Source: an uncultured Actinomycetes bacterium
GTDB lineage: Bacteria; Actinomycetota; Coriobacteriia; Anaerosomatales; PHET01
Assembly: GCA_963702525.1 (NCBI GenBank)
Contig: CAVPCY010000013.1
Location: 163,965-227,964 of the forward strand
Direction of reading: 5' to 3'
DNA length: 64,000 nt
Part shown: positions 29,310-40,364 of the stretch, piece after piece
Layout: each line of letters starts with the position of its first letter
Numbering within the stretch: the first letter of the stretch is position 1
Program-made: the position numbers and the translations under genes
The notes under the pieces: generated by a model
The model's input: only the letters and a program-made list of their open reading frames with translations
Told to the model about the DNA's origin: nothing
Database searches by the model: none

Positions 29310-29402
29310 TTGTGTCGGTCTTATGAACGGTATTGCATCGCCCTTTGTGAGGGTGCTAGCATCTGCATCAAGAGTTGCATGCAAATGCAACCCCTTACCC
29401 CT

Positions 29403-29438
29403 GAGCCTCAAGGTGCCGGCCTTGGGGCTCCCCCTTTT
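29403..29438 (+). terminator. Intrinsic terminator of the nuo operon
   Basis: GAGCCTCAAGG-tgccgg-CCTTGGGGCTC is an 11-bp stem with one G-U pair, followed by CCCCTTTTCTC. Confidence 0.7.
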
Positions 29439-29573
29439 CTCGGGGCTCGTGTGGCGTTCGTGGGCTCTACAGAAGTCACGTCAGAGGTCGAGAATGTTCA
29501 CAGGTCACAATCACTTCGTGGGCGATTCGCCCAGGGCGTCAAGTGGCTCGTGGCCACTGCCGATACGTGGCAC

Positions 29574-29828
29574 ATGATCATCTCAGACGACCAAGCCAGG
29601 CTTGTTGCCAAGTGCCTCCGGGAGGGCACGGAGACCCCCGACACCGTGAAGCGGTGTGAGGTGGAACCCGGCGTCCTCGAGGCCGTGCGCGCGGCGGTTC
29701 TCTCAGCGCCAGAGGTTCGGACCGACAGGATCGAGCACGCCGTGGTGTGGCTCAACGAAGGCGAGCTCGATTCGCGGCTCATCGCCGAGAAGATGATGTG
29801 CCGCATCATGTCCGACTGGCTGCGCTGA
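29574..29828 (+). CDS. Small hypothetical protein (~84 aa) with weak FlgM-like C-terminal pattern; start uncertain
   Basis: MIISDDQARLVAKCLREG...APEVRTDRIEHAVVWLNEGELDSRLIAEKMMCRIMSDWLR. The anti-sigma-28-type resemblance (VR..kv..l...I..G.y.vd...iAekm) is from memory only. Confidence 0.35.
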   Translation: MIISDDQARLVAKCLREGTETPDTVKRCEVEPGVLEAVRAAVLSAPEVRTDRIEHAVVWLNEGELDSRLIAEKMMCRIMSDWLR

Positions 29829-29911
29829 CAGGCCCTGCGCCGTCGGTGGCGCTCGCGTTCACGTATGCCCATAATCGAGGTCGACCTGATTCGACCCGAC
29901 GGGAGGCTAGC

Positions 29912-30199
29912 GTGGCCGAGGCCAAGCCCCTTCGCACCGTACTCACCATCATCATGGACGTCCTCGTCATCATCGCGATCGCCGAGGTCGTCCGCTTGAT
30001 CGTCCTGTTCTTCGGCCAGCTGTATGGCACGGAGTGGGGCAAGATCGTGGTCACGTTGACAGACCCGGTCACGATCTCGTTCGGGGTCGAAGCGATCAAG
30101 ACCCCGTATGGAGGTGTCTTCGATGTGGACACCGCGCTGACCATTGTCGTCATGCTTGCGTTGGAGTTCCTGCTCAGCCTGGTGCGTTCCAGGGGATAG
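29912..30199 (+). CDS. Small membrane protein, YggT-family-like
   Basis: The GTG start is preceded by GGGAGG. Two hydrophobic helices flank LTDPVTISFGVEAIKTPYGGVFDVDTALTIVVML. Confidence 0.45.
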   Translation: MAEAKPLRTVLTIIMDVLVIIAIAEVVRLIVLFFGQLYGTEWGKIVVTLTDPVTISFGVEAIKTPYGGVFDVDTALTIVVMLALEFLLSLVRSRG

Positions 30200-30243
30200 A
30201 GTGAGCGGGACCACGTGGTCCCGGCCGTATTCAAGGAGATGGA

Positions 30244-31915
30244 ATGACCTACACCAGGGAGCGCTTGGGCCAGTTGCTCGTGCGTGCAGGACTGATCGAC
30301 GACATGCAGCTGCAGGCGTGTCTGGACACGCAGGGTCGCGAGGGGGGCAAGCTCGGCGAGATCCTCGTGAGGGATCTCCTTCTCAGCGATGAGGAGATCG
30401 CTTCGACACTCGCGCAACAGAAGGGCCTCGACCACGTCAACTTGGCCACGTATCCGGTTGACCGTGCTGTCGTCACGATGCTTCCACTGCGCACGGCGCG
30501 CCGTCGACAGGTTCTTCCGCTGGATATCGAGGGCGACGAGCTGATCTTGGCGATGGCGGACCCACTGGATGTCGAGGCGATCGACGAAGCCGAGATCATC
30601 ACCGGCCTGAAGGTCAGACCAGTGGTTGCGGCGGCCACTCAGGTCAAGATGGCGATCGAGAAGTTCGTCGCCGGAGCAGACGCGCTTGCAGGAGCTCGAG
30701 ATCGTCGGGCGCATCACCGAAGCATCCGATGAGATTCCCGAAGCCGATATCGAGGCCGACGTCGTTGTGGTGCGCATCGTCAACCAGCTGATACAGGCAG
30801 CGGTGCGCGAACGCGCCAGCGATATCCACTTCGAGCCCAGCGAAGGTGGCGTTCGGGTTCGCTATCGCGTTGACGGCGTGCTGCGTGAGGCGGCGGGACT
30901 GCCCAAGGGTTCGCAGGCGGAACTCCTTTCACGCCTCAAGGTGATGGCCGAGATGGACATCACCGAGCGCCGCCGCCCCCAAGACGGGCGGTTCGGCATC
31001 CGACTGGACGACAAGCACATCGATCTGCGCGTGGCCACGCTGCCCACACCGCAGGGGGAGGCGATCACCCTCCGATTGCTCGACCGCGCGGTCGCGTTCT
31101 TGCCGCTGGAGGATCTCGGCATGGCCGAGACGGACTTTGAGACCGTGCGCAAGATGCTCAGGCGCCCCTACGGCGCCATTCTGGTGGCCGGTCCCACGGG
31201 CTCGGGGAAGTCGACGACGCTCTACGCGTTCCTGCACGCGGTCAACGATCCGGGCCGAAAGATCATCACGGTCGAGGACCCCATCGAGTACCGCATGGAG
31301 AACGTAACCCAACTCGCCGTCAACCCGCGCATCGGTCTCACCTTCGCGGCAGGGCTTCGGACGATCCTGCGCTCGGACCCGGATGTCGTGATGGTGGGCG
31401 AGGTACGAGACCCCGAGACGGCGGAGATCGCGGTTCGCTCGGCGCTGACCGGGCACTTGGTGCTCACCTCCATTCACACGAACGATGCGCCGTCGGCGCT
31501 GACGCGGCTCACCGATATGGGTGTGCCGCCGTACGTGACCTCGTCGGGTCTGAGCGGGGCCGTTGCGCAGCGTCTTGTTCGGCGGTTGTGCGAGCGCTGC
31601 AAGCGCCCCGCAGCCGTGTCTTGGGACCGGCTCGTAGCTGCAGGGATGGGTGAGGACGAGGCAATGGGTCTTGTGGTCTACGAAGCGCAGGGTTGTCAGG
31701 AGTGCGGCATGACCGGCTACACCGGGCGTGTGGCGGTGTTCGAGGTGATGGAGTTCGACGACCACATCGAGAGCCTATTCCTGCACAACGCGCCATCCTT
31801 CGAGCTTCAGCAGGCCGCGGCGAGTCGAGGGATGCGCACATTGCGCCGCGACGCACTCGACAAGGTCAAGCAGGGTGTCACAAGCCTCGAGGAAGTCGAC
31901 AGGGTGGTGGTCTAG
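30244..31915 (+). CDS. pilB: Type IV pilus/type II secretion assembly ATPase (PilB/GspE/MshE family) with N-terminal MshEN domain; frameshift near 30680
   Basis: N-terminal RLGQLLVRAGLIDDMQLQACLDTQ. Also ASDIHFEP, Walker A VAGPTGSGKSTT, Asp box ITVEDPIEY, Walker B DPDVVMVGEVRD, His box TGHLVLTSIHTN, and the tetracysteine CERCK...CQEC. Confidence 0.85.
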
Positions 31916-33108
<1,193 letters not shown>

Positions 33109-33113
<5 letters not shown>

Positions 33114-34421
33114 GCGCCGTACCGACATTCGAGGAGCTCATCGAGCGCAAACGCGACTGTCGCGCGCACACCGCCGAGGAGATCGAACGGATCGTCATCG
33201 GCTACACCGAGGGCGAGATGCCGGACTATCAGATGGCGGCGTGGCTGATGGCGGCGTACCTCAACGGGCTGAACGCCGATGAGACCGTGTGGCTGACCGA
33301 GTCCATGGTGCGCTCCGGCGGCAGGTGGACCTCTCGTCGATCCCGGGCGTGAAGGTGGACAAGCACTCGACCGGTGGTGTCGCGGATACCACGACGCTGG
33401 TGCTCGCGCCGCTGGTGGCGGCGTGCGGGGCGCCCGTCGCGAAGATGAGCGGCCGCGGACTCGGGCACACGGGTGGGACGCTCGACAAGCTCGAGTCGAT
33501 CCCGGGCTACTCGGTCGTGCTCGAGCCCGAGAGCTTCGTCGAAGCAGGTTCGGGACGTGGGCGTCGCCGTCATCGCACAGTCGCCCGACGTCGACCCGGC
33601 GGACAAGAAGATCTACGCCCTGCGCGATGTGACCGCGACCGTGCCGAGCGTCCCGCTGATCGTTGGCAGCATCATCAGCAAGAAGATCGCGGGCGGTGCT
33701 GACGCTATCCTGCTCGACGTGAAGGTCGGCTCGGGCGCTTTCATGAAGTCCGAAGACGACGCGCGTGCTTTGGCGGCGGAGTTGACGCGCGTCGGGCACG
33801 TGCTGGGGCGCGATGTCGTGTGCGTCATGTCGGACATGAGCCAGCCGCTCGGCATGGCGGTGGGAAACGCGCTCGAGGTGCGAGAAGCGATCGAGACGCT
33901 CAGGGGCGAGGGCCCGGAAGAGCTCACCGAGCTGTGCCTCGCACTCGGCGCGAAGATGCTTGTCATGGCGGGGGTATGCAAGCACAGGGATGAGGCCTTC
34001 GAGCGGTGCCGAGCGGCGCTTGCTGATGGCAGTGCGCTGCGCAAGTTCGGCGAGTGGGTGGCCGCGCAGGGGGGCGACGCGCGTGTGACCGATGACTTCG
34101 GATTGCTGCCTCTCGCGGCTTGCACCCGGGAGGTACGCGCGTCGCGAGGTGGCTTCATCGCCGGCTTCGACGCCGAGGGGGTCGGCCGGGCCGCGATGCT
34201 GCTCGGCGCAGGACGTGTCACCAAAGACGACCCGATCGACTTCGGGGCGGGTCTGCTGCTGGCGGTTCGCACGGGCGACGCGGTTCACGCCGGGGACCTG
34301 CTGTGCACGATGTGGGCGGAGACGGAGGAGCTGCTCGACTCAGGCGAGGAACGATTCCTCGCGTCGGTGCGCTTCAGCGCCGAGACCCACGCAGCCGCCG
34401 CCACTCTTCCACGAGCTGTAG
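33109..34421 (+). CDS. pdp: Pyrimidine-nucleoside (thymidine) phosphorylase; frameshifts near 33300, 33540 and 34390
   Basis: Three fragments carry [57 protein letters not shown] and [11 protein letters not shown]. The stop is inferred at 34419-34421 (...PPPLFHEL*). Confidence 0.8.
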
Positions 34422-34432
34422 GTCCGGTCGTC

Positions 34433-37072
34433 GTGCGCATCGTCGTCGGACATGCCAACCCGGACTTCGATGCCTACGCGTCCACGGTAGCGGCGACCAA
34501 GCTGTTCCCCGGCTCGCGCGCGGTCTTTCTCGGCAGCCAGAATGCGAACGTTCGAGCCTTCCACAACCTGCACGAGGAGTTCTTCGACTTCGTCGAGATG
34601 CGCGGGCTCGACATGGAGGCGGTCGACTCGGTAGTGATGGTCGATACGCGCGACCCGGACCGGGTGGGGGAGTTCAGAGACGTCGTTACCCGTCCGGGTG
34701 TGGAGGTGGTCGTCTACGACCACCATCCGCCGCAGGAGGGCGACATAGTCGGCGTCGAGGACCGGGGCATGCAGGTGGGCGCGACAACCTCGATCCTGGT
34801 GCACGAGATACGCGAGCGCGACATCGAACTGAGCGTTCTCGAGGCGAGCCTCATGCTTCTGGGAGTGCACGAGGACACCGGGTCGCTGACCTACCCGGGA
34901 GCGACTGCGTTCGACGCCGAGGCTGCCGCGTGGCTCATGTCGGTCGGTGCCGACATGGAGGTGCTCAACCAGTTCCTCTCGCGAGCGCTGACCCCCGCCC
35001 AGCAGCAGCTGCTTGCCCAACTGCAGGAGTCGCTCGAGGTCTGGGAGATCAACGGGCAGCAGATAGCCGTGGGGACCGCGTCTGCTGACGAGTATGTCGA
35101 CTCGGCCAGTGTGCTCACGCACTACGTGGTGGAGGACATGGGCTACCGCGTGGCGGTGGCGATCGTCAGCATGCCCGAGCGCTTGCAGGTCGTCGCTCGC
35201 TCTCGCATGGCCGAGGTGGACGTTGGGGCCGTGATGGCCAGGATGGGTGGAGGCGGCCACGCACAGGCGGCTTCGGCGGGATACCGGGACCTCGGCAGCG
35301 CTGAGGCCTTGAAGCGCGTCCGCGAGGCGCTGCTGGCCGAGGTCAGGCCTCCTCTCAGGGCCGGAGACGTCATGAGCGCGCCTGTGCGCTCTGTCGGGCC
35401 CGACACGTCGATGGCGCAGGCCGGTGAGTTGATGGCGGCGTGGGGGCACGGCGGCGTGCCCGTCGTTGACGAGGGCGAGCTGGTGGGTATCGTCACGCGC
35501 AAAGACGTCGACAAGGCCCTCAGGCACCGCCTCGACCATGCGCCGGTCAGAGGGTTCATCGGCAAAGACGTGGTCACGGTGGGCCCGGACATGGACCTTT
35601 CAGAGCTGGAGGAGACGCTCGCGACCCGTGGTATCGGCCGTGTGCCGGTAGTGTCGGGCGGTGCGATCGTCGGCATCGTGACGCGCAAGGACGTTCTTCG
35701 CGCCGAACACGGAGACGCGTACTTGGATCGAGGGGCCAGCCGCGCTCACCCCGGGGCTACCAAGCGCTTCCTGGGGGGCGTGGACACCCTGCTGCCGCCA
35801 GCGGTGCGCGACGCGCTCCGAGAACTGGGCGGCGTGGCACGAGACCAGGGGTGCGGTGCGCACCTTGTGGGCGGCTTCGTGCGCGACATGATGCTGGGCC
35901 GGCCCAATCTCGATGTTGATGTGGTTGTGGAAGGCGACGGGGTCGAGTTCGCAGAAGCGGCTTCACGGCGGCTCGGGGCGAGGATCAAGGCGCATCGGCG
36001 CTTCGGGACCGCGGTGATCGTCGTGTCGCGCGACTTCCACGTGGACGTTGCGACCAGCAGGGCGGAGTACTACACGCGGCCCGGGGCGCTGCCCACCGTC
36101 GAGCGGTCGAGCCTCCGGCAGGATCTTCTGCGCAGGGATTTCACCATCAATGCGATGTCCGCCTGTCTGGACCCGGAGTGCTTCGGCGCGATCGCCGACC
36201 CGTTTGGAGGCCTGGCCGATCTGCGCGACGGCGCGGTGCGCGTCATGCATGCGCTGTCATTCGTCGACGACCCCACCCGCGTGCTCCGTGCGGCACGGTT
36301 CGAGCAGCGCTACGGCTTCGCGATGGAGCCGCACACCGAACAGCTGGCGCGGCGAGCCGTGGCCATGGGGCTCGTCGAGGAGGTCTCAGGCGCGCGCGTC
36401 CGAGAGGAGCTCTACGACATCCTCGGAGAGCCCGCCCCCGTGCCCGTGTTGAGGCGGCTGGACGACCTGGGGGCGCTCGCTCCACTCCTGCCCACGGGCG
36501 CTGACCGCGTGGCGGTTCTGGCGCGCCTCGACGCGGTCGCGCATGCGCTGGAGTCGCACAAGGACATCGCCCCGACTCGCGTTTCGAAGCGCGGCGCGTA
36601 CCTGTGCGTGCTAGGAGCATCGGGAACCAGGGGCAGCGCCGAGCGCTGGCTGCGCCACTTCCGTATCGGTCGGGAGCACGCGCTCGGGGTGCAGTCACTC
36701 GCATCGGCAGGGCCCGCGGTTCAGCGAGCGCTTGCCGATGCCCGCCCGATGCGAGACAGCCGCCTCTACCGGCTGCTCGAGCCGTTGCCGGCTGAGACGG
36801 TGCTCAATCTGTGGGCCTCGGGGAGCGAGACCGTGCGTGAGCGCGTAGAGCGCTACAGCACGGAGGTGTCGCGAATCGCGCCCGCGGTGAGTGGACGCGA
36901 CCTGATCGAGATGGGGGCGCAGCCCGGCGAGGCATTCTCGGCTATACTCGCGACTGCTCGTGACGACCGGCTGGACGGCCGGGCGGTGGGTCGCGAAGCC
37001 GAGCTTGCCAACCTACGACGCCTCGCGCTCAAGCGCGGCATCGTTTCCGATGCGACCGAGGAGAAGGCGTGA
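34433..37072 (+). CDS. DHH-DHHA1 phosphoesterase / tandem CBS / CCA-adding (poly(A) polymerase-head) tRNA nucleotidyltransferase multidomain protein
   Basis: GHANPDFDAYAS, VVYDHHPP (DHH), MGGGGHAQAA (DHHA1), two CBS units (VMSAPV...VVDEGELVGIVTRKDV; GKDVVTV...VVSGGAIVGIVTRKDV), LVGGFVRDMMLGRPNLDVDVVV, RRDFTINAM. Confidence 0.8.
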   Translation: MRIVVGHANPDFDAYASTVAATKLFPGSRAVFLGSQNANVRAFHNLHEEFFDFVEMRGLDMEAVDSVVMVDTRDPDRVGEFRDVVTRPGVEVVVYDHHPPQEGDIVGVEDRGMQVGATTSILVHEIRERDIELSVLEASLMLLGVHEDTGSLTYPGATAFDAEAAAWLMSVGADMEVLNQFLSRALTPAQQQLLAQLQESLEVWEINGQQIAVGTASADEYVDSASVLTHYVVEDMGYRVAVAIVSMPERLQVVARSRMAEVDVGAVMARMGGGGHAQAASAGYRDLGSAEALKRVREALLAEVRPPLRAGDVMSAPVRSVGPDTSMAQAGELMAAWGHGGVPVVDEGELVGIVTRKDVDKALRHRLDHAPVRGFIGKDVVTVGPDMDLSELEETLATRGIGRVPVVSGGAIVGIVTRKDVLRAEHGDAYLDRGASRAHPGATKRFLGGVDTLLPPAVRDALRELGGVARDQGCGAHLVGGFVRDMMLGRPNLDVDVVVEGDGVEFAEAASRRLGARIKAHRRFGTAVIVVSRDFHVDVATSRAEYYTRPGALPTVERSSLRQDLLRRDFTINAMSACLDPECFGAIADPFGGLADLRDGAVRVMHALSFVDDPTRVLRAARFEQRYGFAMEPHTEQLARRAVAMGLVEEVSGARVREELYDILGEPAPVPVLRRLDDLGALAPLLPTGADRVAVLARLDAVAHALESHKDIAPTRVSKRGAYLCVLGASGTRGSAERWLRHFRIGREHALGVQSLASAGPAVQRALADARPMRDSRLYRLLEPLPAETVLNLWASGSETVRERVERYSTEVSRIAPAVSGRDLIEMGAQPGEAFSAILATARDDRLDGRAVGREAELANLRRLALKRGIVSDATEEKA

Positions 37073-37719
37073 CCTCTCTGCTTTCGTACGTGCTCCGGTT
37101 CGCTCTGGTGTTCCCGGCCATCATCTTGCACGAGGTCTCTCACGGATACGTGGCGTATCTGTTGGGCGACGATACCGCCAAACGTGCCGGTCGGCTGAGT
37201 CTGAACCCGATCAAGCACGTCGATCCCGTAGGCACGATCATCCTGCCGGCGACGATGTTGATCTTGTCGGGCGGCAGGTACTTCTTCGGGTGGGCCAAGC
37301 CCGTGCCCATCAACCCGTGGGCTTTCAAGAACCAGCGCGAAGGCATGCTGTTGACCGGAGCGGCCGGCCCTGTGACCAACATCGTGCTTGCCGCGCTATC
37401 CGGCCTGCTCTCGCGGTTGTTCGTCGGCTCAGGGCTGCTGAGCGCTGCCGCCGTGAGCGGGATCATCGCCACGGTTCTCGTGTATTTCTGTCAGGCGAAC
37501 CTGGTGCTTGCATTCTTCAACCTGGTGCCCATCCCGCCCCTTGACGGTTCACGGGTGGTGCAGTACTTCCTTCCTGACCGTCTGCGCGACGCTTACCACT
37601 CGATCGAGCGGTACGGCTTCATGCTTCTCATCGGCATCACGTGGCTGGTCCCAGGCGCGTTCAGCGGGTACCTCAACCTCACCGTAGAGCCGCTCTTTCG
37701 CCTCTTCACCGGGTTGTGA
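37069..37719 (+). CDS. Site-2 protease family (peptidase M50) membrane metalloprotease
   Basis: HEVSHG (HExxH) and NLVPIPPLDGS (NxxPxxxLDG). Confidence 0.8.
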   Translation: MTSLLSYVLRFALVFPAIILHEVSHGYVAYLLGDDTAKRAGRLSLNPIKHVDPVGTIILPATMLILSGGRYFFGWAKPVPINPWAFKNQREGMLLTGAAGPVTNIVLAALSGLLSRLFVGSGLLSAAAVSGIIATVLVYFCQANLVLAFFNLVPIPPLDGSRVVQYFLPDRLRDAYHSIERYGFMLLIGITWLVPGAFSGYLNLTVEPLFRLFTGL

Positions 37720-37801
37720 CGCTGCGAGCGCGATACGGCGCCTGCCTGCGCTATCATGAACCCCACCATTTCTCACCCGAAGAGGGGACGCGTTCGCATC
37801 C

Positions 37802-38875
37802 ATGACCAAGAGGCGCACTCTCACCGGATACCGGCCCACGGGCAAACTGCACATCGGGCACTGGTTCGGCAACCTGCAGAACATGCTCACCATGCAGCAC
37901 GAGTACGATGCCTACTACTTCATCGCCGACTACCACGCGCTCACGAGTGACTGGGCTGACCCCAGCGGTGTCGCGGTGTCGACCGAGGAGATGGTGCTCG
38001 ACTGGTGCGCAGCCGGGCTCGACCCTGAGATCTGCACGATCTATCGGCAATCTGACGTGCCCGAAGTCGCCGAACTGATGCTGTTCTTCGCGATGGTGCT
38101 TCCCATGCCCTGGTTGGAGCGCACGCCCAGCTACAAGGAGCAGCGCGCGCAGATCACCACGAAGGACCTCGGCAACGTGGGCTTCTTCCTGTACCCGGCC
38201 TTGCAGGCCGCGGACATCGCGATCGTGCTGGCCGACGCGGTGCCGGTGGGCGAGGACCAGCTGCCGCACCTCGAACTGACTCGGGAGATCGTTCGCCGCT
38301 TCAACAACACCTACGGGGAGTTCCTGCGCGAGCCCCAGGCGATCATCGCCACCGAGGGCGCGCGGGTGCCCGGCACCGACGGCCGCAAGATGTCGAAGAG
38401 CTACAACAACTCGATCTTCATCAGCGACCCTGAAGAGGAGATCCGGGCCAAGGTCATGAGCTTCATGACCGATCCCGCACGCAAGCTCAAGACCGACCCG
38501 GGTGACCCGGACATCTGCCCGCTGCACCAGGTTCACAAGCTCATCGCGGACGCTGGCGAGATCGCGGAGTGGGACCGCTGCTGCCGCGTCGCCGACTGTG
38601 GGTGCGTCGCGCACAAGCGCAAGCTCGCGGATGACCTTGTCGGCTATCTCGCCCCATTCCAGGAGCGCCGCCGTGAGCTCGCTGCGATTCCGGGCTTCGC
38701 GGCGGAGGTGCTTGCAGGCGGAGCCGCTAAGGCCAGACCCGTAACCACCTCAGTCGTCGCCACGTGCAGGGAGCTGATGGGCCTCGATCCGCGTACGGCG
38801 CTCTCGGATGGCATCGTTGCGAGAGACGCGGGCGAACGTATCGAGTCAGCTCCGTCGTTCCTCGGCGAAGAGTAG
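37802..38875 (+). CDS. trpS: Tryptophan--tRNA ligase
   Basis: TGYRPTGKLHIGHW (HIGH), GEDQLPHLELTREI, KMSKS. Confidence 0.85.
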   Translation: MTKRRTLTGYRPTGKLHIGHWFGNLQNMLTMQHEYDAYYFIADYHALTSDWADPSGVAVSTEEMVLDWCAAGLDPEICTIYRQSDVPEVAELMLFFAMVLPMPWLERTPSYKEQRAQITTKDLGNVGFFLYPALQAADIAIVLADAVPVGEDQLPHLELTREIVRRFNNTYGEFLREPQAIIATEGARVPGTDGRKMSKSYNNSIFISDPEEEIRAKVMSFMTDPARKLKTDPGDPDICPLHQVHKLIADAGEIAEWDRCCRVADCGCVAHKRKLADDLVGYLAPFQERRRELAAIPGFAAEVLAGGAAKARPVTTSVVATCRELMGLDPRTALSDGIVARDAGERIESAPSFLGEE

Positions 38876-38887
38876 CCGGCCCCGAAC

Positions 38888-39670
38888 GTGGGCTATACGG
38901 TCAAGACAGATGTCTTCGAGGGCCCCTTCGATCTCCTGCTCCATCTGGTGTCGCGCCAGCGGGTGGACGTGAGCCATATCTCGATATGCGACGTCGCGGA
39001 CCAGTACCTCGAGCACATCGACAAGATGACGGACCTCGATCTCGACGTCGCAAGCGAGTTCCTGCTGCTGGCGGCGACACTCCTTGAGATCAAGGCAGCC
39101 TCGTTGCTCCCGAAGCAAGACGTCTACATCGGCGACGAGCTCGACGATCTGTCTCCCGAAGAGGCACGGGACATCCTCATAGCGCGGCTGCTCAGCTACA
39201 AGCAGTTCAAGAACGCTTCGGGCGAGCTCGCGCAGCGCATGGAGAACGAGGACCGCATGCATCCGCGCCAAGCGGGACTCGAACCCGAGTTCCTCGGCCT
39301 GATGCCGGACTACCTCGAAGGGCTCACGCTGCATGCGCTTGCGCTGATATGTGCGGACCTGGAGTACCGGCGAGAGGTGTTCTTGCTGGAGGCCGAGCAC
39401 GTGGCGAGTATGCCTATCTCGCTCGAGCTTCACGCGGAGAGCGTCCGGCGCAAGGTGGCCCACTCCGGGAGAGTCGCCTTCTCGGAGCTTGTCGGCGGCG
39501 ACGCAACGCCGGAACTCATCGTGGTGACCTTGCTGGCCGTGCTCGAGCTGTACAAGCGTGGGCTGGTCGACGTGGCACAAGACGCGGTCTTCGGCGACAT
39601 CGTCATCAGTCAGCTCAGCGAAGACGAGGCCGCAGCCCGAGGCGTGGCCGAGGAGGAGCATCATGAGTGA
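38888..39670 (+). CDS. scpA: Segregation and condensation protein A
   Basis: FEGPFDLLLHLVSRQRVDVSHISICDVADQYLEH. Confidence 0.8.
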   Translation: MGYTVKTDVFEGPFDLLLHLVSRQRVDVSHISICDVADQYLEHIDKMTDLDLDVASEFLLLAATLLEIKAASLLPKQDVYIGDELDDLSPEEARDILIARLLSYKQFKNASGELAQRMENEDRMHPRQAGLEPEFLGLMPDYLEGLTLHALALICADLEYRREVFLLEAEHVASMPISLELHAESVRRKVAHSGRVAFSELVGGDATPELIVVTLLAVLELYKRGLVDVAQDAVFGDIVISQLSEDEAAARGVAEEEHHE

Positions 39671-40289
39671 TAGCGCGGTGGTCAAGGGCGCCCTGGAGGC
39701 TTTGCTGTTCGTGAGTGACGAACCCGTGTCGGCTGTGAGGCTCGCCAAGATCATCGACGCGTCACCCGGGGTGGTCGAGTCGGCCCTGGCCAACCTCGCA
39801 GAGGAGTACAGGGAGCAGGAGCGGGGTTTCCAGTTGCGCGAGGTTGCCGGGGGCTGGCGGCTCTACACGCATCCGGCGCATCACGACGTCATCGAGAGGT
39901 ACGTGATGTCGTGGGACACGCGGCGGCTCTCTCAGGCTGCGCTCGAGGCGCTTGCAGTGGTCGCATACCACCAACCCGTCACACGCGCAGGTATCAACGC
40001 CGTCAGGGGAGTCAACTCGGAAGGCGTGATCGCTTCACTCGTGGAGAAGGGCCTCGTACGCGAGGTTGGACGCGACAAGAATCAAGGCAACGCGATCCTC
40101 TACGGGACGACGCGCACGTTTCTTGAGAAGTTCGGGCTCAAGGACCTCGGTGGCTTGCCGCCATTCGAGGAGTTCGCCCCGGACGCACTGACCGAAGACG
40201 CGATTCGTGACCGGCTCTCAGGGGGCGGGGGAGTCCAGCCCATCCCGATGGACGATGACGCGGACGACGAGATCGCCGTGGTCGACTGA
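39663..40289 (+). CDS. scpB: Segregation and condensation protein B
   Basis: LEALLFVSDEPVSAVRLAKI, ALEALAVVAYHQPVTRAGINAVRGVNSEGVIASLVEKGLV. The ATG overlaps the end of scpA. Confidence 0.85.
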   Translation: MSDSAVVKGALEALLFVSDEPVSAVRLAKIIDASPGVVESALANLAEEYREQERGFQLREVAGGWRLYTHPAHHDVIERYVMSWDTRRLSQAALEALAVVAYHQPVTRAGINAVRGVNSEGVIASLVEKGLVREVGRDKNQGNAILYGTTRTFLEKFGLKDLGGLPPFEEFAPDALTEDAIRDRLSGGGGVQPIPMDDDADDEIAVVD

Positions 40290-40364
40290 TTCCCGTGGCC
40301 GCCAGACACACCCGACGAATCAAGGCCATCGCCAGACACCGGTGCGCACGAAGCGCCAGGCCCC

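Noticed and set aside
33473-37072. 1199-aa ORF suggesting a giant thymidine-phosphorylase / DHH-CBS-CCA fusion protein
   Set aside because: The pdp C-terminus shifts frame near 34390 and reaches a stop at 34419-34421 (...PPPLFHEL*). A GTG at 34433 then starts the DHH protein. The apparent fusion is created by an indel hiding the pdp stop.
37720-37801. T-box or other leader upstream of trpS
   Set aside because: The gap is only ~80 nt, with no specifier-loop or T-box sequence (AGGGTGGNACCGCG-like) and no terminator/antiterminator pair.
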